Source: Candidatus Eremiobacteria bacterium
GTDB taxonomy: Bacteria; Vulcanimicrobiota; Vulcanimicrobiia; Vulcanimicrobiales; Vulcanimicrobiaceae
DNA length: 64,000 bases
Direction: 5' to 3'
Assembly (NCBI GenBank): GCA_963737065.1
Contig: CAVTRC010000001.1
Location: 832,001 to 896,000, forward strand
The notes under the pieces are model-generated. The model was not told the origin of the DNA, made no database searches, and was given only the letters and a program-made list of their open reading frames with translations. A program made the translations under genes and the position numbers. Below are positions 1 to 8,058 of the stretch, piece after piece (the stretch's first letter is position 1; every line of letters starts with the position of its first letter).

Positions 1-119
1 CGGGCAGGCTGCTCGCCAGATAGGTTTACCAATTTCCGTTAGCGCGTGCAGTCACAAAGCGATGCTGGGATTATCACGATAACGCTACAGACTCGAGGCT
101 CCGGGATGATCACGGAACG

Positions 120-710
120 TTGTGGCTCACACGCACGGGCTCGCAACTGGCGTTCGCGATTGCGCTAATAACCGCCATCCCCGATACCGGGAAGCTGATG
201 TTCCGCGATTCCAAAACGCCGGAGTATGTCGCAATTGGAAAGAGCCTCAACCGCGACACGTTGCTGCGGTTCGCGGCGTACATGGCGTGGTTCGTTCATA
301 ATCGCTGGGTCGATAGGAACAGCGAAGCACTGTGCAACGAAGCGGGCGAATTGGATGCGACCGGCAGAGCGATGCTTGCCGACATGGAGCGCGTCCGCGT
401 AGCGGTTTTCCCCGACAACGACCCGGCAGTTCAAGCCGCAATCAGCCGGGCGCGGGCAAACGACGAACGAGGACTGAGCGATAGCGGGAACGCCGCTACA
501 ATGCGCTACAGCGAGGAGTTTTGGCTCATCCTCAATTCGCTTCTCGGTCTCCCGGAAGGACGCAGGACCCAAAGATGCGACTTGAGAGGACGCTCGAAGT
601 TGGGCGAATCCAAACCTTCGCACTCAATATGTTTACCCAGCTGTTCGATACGTTCGCCAAAGACCCGTCGATGCTGCGCTAGAGGACGGCCAGCGGAAAC
701 AATCAGGTGA
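120..710 (+). CDS. hypothetical protein (frame open from ~24; start and 3' end uncertain)
   Basis: 196-aa ORF with no recognised motif. Confidence 0.4.
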   Translation: MWLTRTGSQLAFAIALITAIPDTGKLMFRDSKTPEYVAIGKSLNRDTLLRFAAYMAWFVHNRWVDRNSEALCNEAGELDATGRAMLADMERVRVAVFPDNDPAVQAAISRARANDERGLSDSGNAATMRYSEEFWLILNSLLGLPEGRRTQRCDLRGRSKLGESKPSHSICLPSCSIRSPKTRRCCARGRPAETIR

Positions 711-786
711 GTGCCCAGCCCGACGCGCGAAGAGACACCGCCCTTTGATTCGGGCTAGAGCGGAGCCCCGTGCGTCGGCTGGGGCC

Positions 787-1905
787 TTAAGAAACGGCCT
801 GCGCCTTCTCAGCCGCGTGCTTTGCGGCTATCGAGTTCCGTTCGACTTGTGCCCTAAGCTGCCCGCATGCGGCTGATATGTCGCGACCCATATTGTGGCG
901 GACCGTGGTCGGGACGCCGGCTTCGCCCAGAATACCGGCGAACGCCCAGATCCGAGGCTCTGCCGTACCTTGAAACGGCCCGTCGGGCGTCGCGTTGTAC
1001 GGAATGAGATTGACGTGGTACAGCTTGCCGCGCATTAAATCGGCAAGTTCGTGCGCGCACTCTTCGGTGTCGTTGATCCCTTCGAGCATGACGTATTCGA
1101 AGAACACCTTACGATTCGTCTTCTCGACGTAGCGCTCGACCGCCGCCATCAACTGCGCCGTGTCGAACTTTTGATTCACCGGCATGATCGCACTGCGCAC
1201 GCGATCGCTCGGCGCGTGGAGTGAAATCGCCAGATTGACTTGTAAACCTTCGTCTGCAAATCGGTCGATCTTATCGACGAGACCGACGGTGGAGATCGTG
1301 ATGTGGCGATGGCCGAGCCCCAGACCGTGAGGGTCGTGCAGCAATGCGATCGCGTTCATCACTGCATCGTAGTTGTGGAAGGGCTCGCCCATCCCCATGA
1401 AGACGACGTTCGTGATACGCTTGCCGCGCGATTGCAGTTCGCGTGCAAAGAATAGAGCTTGATCGAAGATTTCGGTCGCCTGGAGATTGCGCGTGAAGCC
1501 GGCTTGACCGGTCGAACAGAACGCGCACGCGAACGCGCATCCGGCTTGCGATGAAATGCACACCGTCGTGCGACCGCCGAAGTGTTCCATCAGCACAGCT
1601 TCAACTTCATTGCCGTCGCGCAGACGGAAAAGCCCCTTCGTCGTTTGACCGTCTTTCGAGCGCTGCAAAACAACGGGCGAGAGCGAAGAGAACGTGACGC
1701 CGCGCGCATGCAACTCGGCGCGCAATTCTTTCGGCAGCGTGCTTACGTCGCCGATGTTCTCGACGAGTTCTTTTGCGGCCGCCCGGTAGAGTTGTCTGAG
1801 GCGAAACGGCTTCAGGTCGACGGCTCGCGCAAAATCGTCGGCGCCCGCAAAACCCGCCCGGCGCGCAACATCATCAACCCAAATACGAAGGGCATCCCTG
1901 GTCAT
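787..1905 (-). CDS. rlmN: 23S rRNA m2A2503 / tRNA m2A37 radical SAM methyltransferase
   Basis: CISSQAGCAFACAFC, VFMGMGEP, LAISLHA and DISAACGQL motifs. Confidence 0.95.
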   Translation of the reverse strand: MTRDALRIWVDDVARRAGFAGADDFARAVDLKPFRLRQLYRAAAKELVENIGDVSTLPKELRAELHARGVTFSSLSPVVLQRSKDGQTTKGLFRLRDGNEVEAVLMEHFGGRTTVCISSQAGCAFACAFCSTGQAGFTRNLQATEIFDQALFFARELQSRGKRITNVVFMGMGEPFHNYDAVMNAIALLHDPHGLGLGHRHITISTVGLVDKIDRFADEGLQVNLAISLHAPSDRVRSAIMPVNQKFDTAQLMAAVERYVEKTNRKVFFEYVMLEGINDTEECAHELADLMRGKLYHVNLIPYNATPDGPFQGTAEPRIWAFAGILGEAGVPTTVRHNMGRDISAACGQLRAQVERNSIAAKHAAEKAQAVS

Positions 1906-1925
1906 GACAGCACCCCATCATACCA

Positions 1926-2582
1926 TTACGTGTCAAACAGTACGGCTTGCTCAAGGGGAATGCAGGGCGCTTGCTCCTGAAGCTTCGCTCGTACCGCTTT
2001 GAGGTCGTTCCAAACCATGCGCTTAACGGCGGTAAGTTCGCCTCCGGTCTGCCGCAGCAAATACGCCGGATGAAAGGTTACCATCAGCGGAATGGTTTGC
2101 GGCCCGACATACCACCGACCACGCATTTTCGTAATTTGAAATTCGCGCCCGAGAAACGACTTCGCCGCGGGCGCGCCGAGCGCGAGGATGACGCGCGGCT
2201 GAATGATGTCGATCTGCTCGTCGAGGTACGGCCGGCAATTGGTCATCTCAAGCGGTTCGGGCGCGCGATTCCTCGGACCGCGCGGGCCGGGAAGCGTTGG
2301 ACGGCACTTTACGGTATTGCAAATGTAGACGTCCTCGCGCGCGAGACCGATCGCCCCGAGCATTTTATCGAGCAACTGTCCGGCCCGGCCGACGAACGGA
2401 CGCCCGAGTAAATCCTCCGTCTCGCCCGGCCCTTCACCGATCACCATCAACCGCGCGCATGGATCGCCTTCACCGTAAACATTGTTCCGGCGTTGCGAAC
2501 CGATCGCGCATTTGCGGCACGCCGCCGCAAGGGCCGCGGCGTGTTCGAGCACGCGCGCACGCCGTGCGCGCTCTTCAAGCAC
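1926..2582 (-). CDS. uracil-DNA glycosylase family 4 (Fe-S)
   Basis: CRKC, IGEGPG, GRPFVGRAG, NTVKCRP and FHPAY motifs. Confidence 0.92.
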   Translation of the reverse strand: MLEERARRARVLEHAAALAAACRKCAIGSQRRNNVYGEGDPCARLMVIGEGPGETEDLLGRPFVGRAGQLLDKMLGAIGLAREDVYICNTVKCRPTLPGPRGPRNRAPEPLEMTNCRPYLDEQIDIIQPRVILALGAPAAKSFLGREFQITKMRGRWYVGPQTIPLMVTFHPAYLLRQTGGELTAVKRMVWNDLKAVRAKLQEQAPCIPLEQAVLFDT

Positions 2583-2925
2583 GAGGCTCGTCCTCGTCGC
2601 GCGCCGTCAAAACCGCTTCGCCGAACGCAACGACCTTACACGAACCGTCCGCGCTTTCGGACACATGGAAACTCAGTCCGATCACCGCATTGGCGCCGAG
2701 CACCGTTGCGCGTTTATAAATTCCTTCGAGCGCTTCGTTCCGCAAGTGTTCCGCGTCGCTGAGAAACTCGTTCGGTGCGACACCGATCAACATTCCGAGG
2801 CTCCGAAACGTCGAGCGTAGACGATTGCGCGGACGCGATGCGATTCCCGAAACGTAACCGTAACGGCGAACGATACGGACGCCGTCCAGTTCGCTGAAGG
2901 TGACCACGTCGTGCGGGGCAATCAT
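2575..2925 (-). CDS. YbjQ-like (UPF0145) putative heavy-metal-binding protein
   Basis: size and LGANAVIG...GEAV pattern. Confidence 0.75.
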   Translation of the reverse strand: MIAPHDVVTFSELDGVRIVRRYGYVSGIASRPRNRLRSTFRSLGMLIGVAPNEFLSDAEHLRNEALEGIYKRATVLGANAVIGLSFHVSESADGSCKVVAFGEAVLTARDEDEPRA

Positions 2926-2934
2926 CCAAGCACC

Positions 2935-3906
2935 ATGCCGCAGACTTCACCGTCGGTGCTCGTGATCCGCCTGGATGCAATCGGCGACGCACTCGCATTG
3001 ACGCCTCTGCTCGCCGCCTTGCGCGAGCGCTCGATCCCGGTCGAGCTCGTGCTGCGTCGCGTAAACGCTGGTATTTTCTCTTCGCGGGCGGCACGCGCGG
3101 TTCACGTTGCATCGTTTGCGCTTCGCTCGAGCGCGCGGGAGAATCGACGTGCGATCGATGAATTCGCCCAGCGCTTATCGGCCAATCCATTCACCCACAT
3201 CCTCGTTGCAACAGAAGATCCGAGCGGCTACCGGCTCGCACATCGCATCGGCGCGCCTGTGCGCGTTGGTTTTATCAACGGATGGGGGAAGCCGTTCAAA
3301 TCGCTGTGGGCGCGTACGCTCGTCAATCACGTCGTCGTCCGCAGCGCCGGACTCGATCCGGCTGGGCCGCACGAATCGGTGGTGCTCTTCAATCTTGCGC
3401 GCAGCATTCTTGGCGACGATGCCACGCCGACGCATGATTCGGCCCGGTTGCGTTCGCTGATCGTCGAACGAGAACCGCCGCGCAGCTCGCGTATCGCGTT
3501 CCAAGTCACGGACAAATGGCAGCGCCTGGGCATGTCGCTCAAAGATGTCGTCACAGCGCTGCAACGGACTGCAAATGCCGGTGAAGTGCACGCCATTGCG
3601 TCCGAAAACGAAGCGGACTACGCGCGAACGGTCGCATCCGAAAGCGGCATGACCGTCGACCGATTCTCGTCGTTGGAACCGTGGAAAGAAGCGATCGCAG
3701 GCGCGCGCGCAATCGTCGCGCCGGATTCGGGAGCGCTTCACGTTGCGGGGATGGTCGGAACGCCGACGGTCGCCGTGTTTCCGCCTATCAAAGACTACGC
3801 ACTACAAACGGCGCGCTGGTCGCCGTGGGCTGCGCCGTATCGCGTGATTCGCGCCGACGACGGATGGCCGGCGCAGATTTCACGAGCACTGCGGCAGCTG
3901 CTCTAG
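2935..3906 (+). CDS. glycosyltransferase family 9 (heptosyltransferase-like)
   Basis: VLVIRLDAIGD and PDSGALHVAGMVGTPTVAVF motifs. Confidence 0.88.
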   Translation: MPQTSPSVLVIRLDAIGDALALTPLLAALRERSIPVELVLRRVNAGIFSSRAARAVHVASFALRSSARENRRAIDEFAQRLSANPFTHILVATEDPSGYRLAHRIGAPVRVGFINGWGKPFKSLWARTLVNHVVVRSAGLDPAGPHESVVLFNLARSILGDDATPTHDSARLRSLIVEREPPRSSRIAFQVTDKWQRLGMSLKDVVTALQRTANAGEVHAIASENEADYARTVASESGMTVDRFSSLEPWKEAIAGARAIVAPDSGALHVAGMVGTPTVAVFPPIKDYALQTARWSPWAAPYRVIRADDGWPAQISRALRQLL

Positions 3907-5240
3907 CGGCACGGTGCTTTACGGCGGTACAGTTCGATCGAGTCGCGTTGCCGGACGAGCGTGTAGACGCGCGACGCGACGAGCCGCTCGAACGCCTCGC
4001 CGTATTCTTGCAAACGCGGCGATTGCGGAAACGCACGATCGATCAGAACGAAGCACGCGTCGAGCAATTCGCCTGAATCCTCGGGTAAAAGCCGCACATT
4101 CGGATCGTGCAACGCGAGATGCGTGTACGCTTCTTCTTGCGTCGCAACCGGCACACCACGTGGAAGCGCCGCAAGCGCGCGATCCAAAGCGACGTCTCGT
4201 GGTTGTCGCGCGCGCAGATTTATACCAGGGTGAAGCGGGTTCGCGACCGTCAGTTCTACGACACAGAGCGCGCAGCATGCGATCAGACGGGAACGAACGC
4301 CTGAAGGACGAGGGTCGCGCACCGCGTACGCGAACGCGGCCAGCACATAACCGATCCACGCGCCCGCATAATGCGACCCGGTTGTAAACGTCGTCGACAT
4401 CCGAGAGAGCAGAACTTCTGCAAACGGCGCAAGTGCGAACCACAGCGTGTGCGAACGAAACGGTAAAAAAAGCAGCGGGAGAAAAACCAAGACGATGAAA
4501 CCGAGCCGTTGCGCAATTCCGACGGGGAAGAGCGTTTTTACGTCGCCGCTTGACCACGCATAGAAGCGAACGGGCTCCCAGTTCGGATTGGCGGTCGCGT
4601 GCGGTTGGATCACGAGGAAAAACACACCCGCAATGAGGACTCCGCACACCGCGACGACCGCTCCGGCCGCTCCACGCGGCGTCCGCCGGAAAAACCACGC
4701 CGAAGCGGCGCCGCATATCACCATGAAGATCGCTTGATCTTCCTTGATGCACATCGCAACGAGCGCCGCGATGACGGCGAACGTCAGCGCTCCGGCATCG
4801 AATGCCCAAAAAGCCCACAGCACCGCCGCCGGCGCAAGCGCGTTCTCATGAAAATCGTTGAAGGTCAACCCCTGCAACGGCGGATACAGGAAGGCCACGA
4901 GCGCCGAGAGGCGCGCGATCGTTCGATCGCCACGATGCAATACGAGTCCGTATACCGGCGGGATCGCGAGCGCACCGCCGATCGCCGACGCGGCAATCAG
5001 CACGAAGGGCGAATCCCACACCTTCACGATCGCGCCGACTATGTAGAGAATCGGCGAAAAGTGAAACGCCCAATGGCTTCCCTCGATCGGGTTGCAGTAA
5101 CAGCCGAACGCGCTCGCTATCGTCTGCGCAAAGATACCGAAGTCGACGAAATTCCGGTGTACGCTATAGCGGATTGCGCCGAGCCATGTAAAGACCGCCG
5201 CGTAGATGAGCGCGAGAACCCAGGGGAAGCGATCGCGCAT
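3903..5240 (-). CDS. DUF2079-like integral membrane protein (GT-C-like)
   Basis: DFGIFAQ, HFSPIL, DFHE and KED motifs; many TM helices; ATG overlaps the prfB stop. Confidence 0.75.
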   Translation of the reverse strand: MRDRFPWVLALIYAAVFTWLGAIRYSVHRNFVDFGIFAQTIASAFGCYCNPIEGSHWAFHFSPILYIVGAIVKVWDSPFVLIAASAIGGALAIPPVYGLVLHRGDRTIARLSALVAFLYPPLQGLTFNDFHENALAPAAVLWAFWAFDAGALTFAVIAALVAMCIKEDQAIFMVICGAASAWFFRRTPRGAAGAVVAVCGVLIAGVFFLVIQPHATANPNWEPVRFYAWSSGDVKTLFPVGIAQRLGFIVLVFLPLLFLPFRSHTLWFALAPFAEVLLSRMSTTFTTGSHYAGAWIGYVLAAFAYAVRDPRPSGVRSRLIACCALCVVELTVANPLHPGINLRARQPRDVALDRALAALPRGVPVATQEEAYTHLALHDPNVRLLPEDSGELLDACFVLIDRAFPQSPRLQEYGEAFERLVASRVYTLVRQRDSIELYRRKAPCR

Positions 5241-6344
5241 CAGGAAAGCTTGCGCCGCTGCTGCAGGTACGCCCAAACGAACGTGTCGATATCGCCGTCG
5301 AGGACTCCTTGCGCGTTACCCGTTTCGACATTGGTTCGGTTATCTTTGACCAACTGATACGGCTGCAACACGTACGACCGGATCTGCGAACCCCACTCAT
5401 TGGCTTGGCGTTCGCCGCGCAATTCTGTAAGTTTCGCATGGCGTTCTTCCGCCGCACGCTGCACGAGCTTCGCGCGAAGAATGTTCATCGCGACATCGCG
5501 GTTCTGCGCCTGCGAACGCTCCTGCTGCGAGGCAACGATGATGTTCGACGGTAGATGAATGATGCGCACGGCCGATTCCGTCTTATTGACGTATTGGCCG
5601 CCCGCGCCGCCGGACTTGAACGTTTCGACGCGGAGATCGTCCGGTTTGATTTCGACCTCAACATCTTCGCCGGCTTCGATCTCGGGAATGACGTCGACTG
5701 CTGCAAACGACGTATGGCGTCGATGGGCCGCATCGAACGGCGACAACCGCACGAGCCGGTGAACGCCGCGTTCGCTCTCCAGCAGTCCGTACGCATTGCG
5801 TCCCCGAACGAAGAACGTTACGGATTTCAGCCCGGCTTCTTCAGCGGGCGATTCATCGACGATTTGCGTAGCGAAGCTCTTTTGATCCGCCCAGCGTAGA
5901 TACATGCGCAGCAACATCTGCGTCCAATCGGCCGCGTCGACGCCGCCCGCGCCGGCGAAGATGCTTACGATGGCGCCGTGCGAATCGAATTCCCCGTCGA
6001 AATTCGCGGCCATCTCGAGTGCGTCGAGTGCCGCTGAAGCTTGCGTAAGATTCGCGTCGATTTCGTTCGAGGCCGCTTCATCGTCGCCGAAGACTTCAAG
6101 GAGCTCACGTGCGTCGCGCAGTGTACGCTCGACGGCGTCCATACGCGCAACTTCTTCGCGGAGGTCGGCGAGCTCTTTCATCGTCCGCTGTGCCGCGTCG
6201 GGATCGTTCCATAACCCCTCTGCTCGCGACCGTTCGTCCAGCTCGCTGATCCTGCGGCGTTGCCCTACGTAGTCAAAGACGCTCCTTCAGTATCGTGAGG
6301 CGGTCGTTGAAGCGGTTAATCGTGCCGACTTGGTTCTCGCTCAT
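5240..6344 (-). CDS. prfB: peptide chain release factor 2, +1 programmed frameshift
   Basis: SPF and GGQ motifs; ORF1 MSENQVGTINRFNDRLTILKERL* joins the +1 frame DYVGQRRRIS... at CTT TGA C. Confidence 0.96.
6272..6287 (-). promoter_or_regulatory. RF2 autoregulatory +1 frameshift site with internal Shine-Dalgarno
   Basis: minus strand AAGGAG CGT CTT TGA C. Confidence 0.95.
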
Positions 6345-6427
6345 TGCGCAAGCCGATTCTCGTCCGCTCGCGTCGTCCCTTTCCGCGCATCGAAGCCGTG
6401 GGATGGTACGGCGAAGGAGGTTCTTCG

Positions 6428-7270
6428 ATGAGTTTTGCGGTGCAAGAGCGTCCCCTGGACGTTTCGTTCGGACAAGCGCCGAATCCCGAGCAGGTCTTAC
6501 CGTATCTCGCCGCGCCGCTCGGTGCAGCGGTGATGAGCGGCGGCGATTTTATCCGCAGCCAGTACAATGAAAATTCATGGCAATCGAACAACGAGCCATG
6601 GCAAAATTCATTCGGCTCGATGTTCGGATCGTTCAGCGCAAACATCTTGCAACAGCTGTATCAAATGCTGCAGCGGTTTTTCGGAGGTCAGACGAGCGGC
6701 GAGCAATACTTTCAGAACGCCACCGGCGGATCGGTTGGCGATCCGCATCTTTCGTTCAACGGACAAACATGGAACAACATGGGCAGTCAGCCCAACCTGC
6801 TATCTTCGGATTCGATTTCCGGCGGGTATCAGATCTCGACACAAGCAACGCCGCCGGCGGCAAACGGCGTAACGTACAACCAATCCGCCACCGTCACTAC
6901 GAACAACGGCGCAACGAACGTCACGATGAATAAAGATGGAAACGTCAAGATTTCGCAGTTCGGGCGAAGCTTTTCACTCGAACCGGGACAAAGCGCCGAT
7001 CTCGGCAACGGCGAGTTCGTAGCGCGCAATCAGGACGGATCGCTTGCGGTAACGTGCAATAACGGTACCGGCGGCAACATCACGACGACCATGCGTTCAA
7101 ACGGAACCGGCGTCGACGTGAACGCCACCGCGAATAACGTCGATCTCGGCGGAACACTCGTCAATGGTCCGAACGCGCCGAACCCGGTTGCAACGCCGGC
7201 CCCGATGCCGACCCGCGAACCACTCGTAAGCGGACGTCATATGACGTACAACGTGTTGGACGTCAAGTAG
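6428..7270 (+). CDS. hypothetical Asn/Gly/Thr-rich protein with GDPH motif
   Basis: RBS GAAGGAGG before ATG 6428; GSVGDPHLSFNG motif followed by a beta-rich region. Confidence 0.75.
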   Translation: MSFAVQERPLDVSFGQAPNPEQVLPYLAAPLGAAVMSGGDFIRSQYNENSWQSNNEPWQNSFGSMFGSFSANILQQLYQMLQRFFGGQTSGEQYFQNATGGSVGDPHLSFNGQTWNNMGSQPNLLSSDSISGGYQISTQATPPAANGVTYNQSATVTTNNGATNVTMNKDGNVKISQFGRSFSLEPGQSADLGNGEFVARNQDGSLAVTCNNGTGGNITTTMRSNGTGVDVNATANNVDLGGTLVNGPNAPNPVATPAPMPTREPLVSGRHMTYNVLDVK

Positions 7271-7379
7271 CGTCGGAAGCGCTACGAGCATCCCACAAGA
7301 TGCGAGCACGTGATGACAATTACGTCAACCGTGCTCGCCGTTATTGGGATTTCGTAAAAGCCTTCGAACCGTACGACGC
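7270..7379. other. rod-like imperfect hairpin between convergent genes
   Basis: nested stems 7302-7310/7330-7338, 7290-7295/7345-7350, 7283-7287/7352-7356, 7276-7279/7362-7365. Confidence 0.55.
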
Positions 7380-7772
7380 CTAGAACGTGATCGTGCGCGC
7401 CGGCGCGGTTGCGGCGCATGCCGGTTGAACGACTCGCGTCAAAAGATTCAACGTCACGCTTCCCTCACCAGCCTCGCTCGAACGTGAAAGCGTGTAATAC
7501 GCTTTGTACGATCCGCCCGGATGCAACGGTGGAATACCAATCGCGTCGAGCTTTTGATGATTCTTGTAGATGTCGACGAACTGCATCGTGTTTCTCGCTT
7601 GCGTCGCGCTAGTGTTGTTCAAGATCGTCATCTCGATCCGATAGTGATTCAAATTTCCATCGTGCGAAACGTCAACAACGCGCGCAGACGAAACGGTCGG
7701 GGCCACGCACGTGTTAGCCGCCGCCGGAACGATGGCGCTCATCAAAATCAGTATCGTTGCCATCACTTTCAT
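7380..7772 (-). CDS. small secreted protein, CARDB/Ig-like fold possible
   Basis: signal peptide MKVMATILILMSAIVPAAA; IEMTILNN...IPPLHPGGS pattern; two terminal Cys. Confidence 0.6.
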   Translation of the reverse strand: MKVMATILILMSAIVPAAANTCVAPTVSSARVVDVSHDGNLNHYRIEMTILNNTSATQARNTMQFVDIYKNHQKLDAIGIPPLHPGGSYKAYYTLSRSSEAGEGSVTLNLLTRVVQPACAATAPARTITF

Positions 7773-7831
7773 ACTGCGCTTGTACCCAGCCAAGCGGCCA
7801 CGCGACGTAACGCGACCCCGCATACCAACAA

Positions 7832-8038
7832 GCAGTCGAAGGGCCGTCTCGCGCAGCGACGTACGTGACCCCTCGTAAGGGAAATTTGCAGCTTTTTCGG
7901 GCTTGCCCGGAGGGCAATTTCAAAACTTCGTTCTCCCGAAAAAGTGCGTAAGTAGAAAACCCGCACGAGGCGGGTTTTCGGACGCTTTCCCTTACGAGGG
8001 GTCACGCACGTCGCTGCGCGAGACGGCCCTTCGACTGC
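7832..8038. repeat. 207-bp element with 53-bp terminal inverted repeats (MITE/REPIN-like or structured RNA)
   Basis: arms 7832-7884 and 7986-8038 match at 52/53; internal hairpins. Confidence 0.85.
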
Positions 8039-8058
8039 GGCGCAAAGCACCTACGAAG

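Noticed and set aside
7270..7379. integron attC site or SRP RNA
   Set aside because: No RYYYAAC/GTTRRRY boundaries, no integrase in the window, and no SRP domain IV motif.
7832..8038. bona fide retron ncRNA or 6S RNA
   Set aside because: No adjacent reverse transcriptase. A 53-bp near-perfect stem without a central bubble does not fit 6S.
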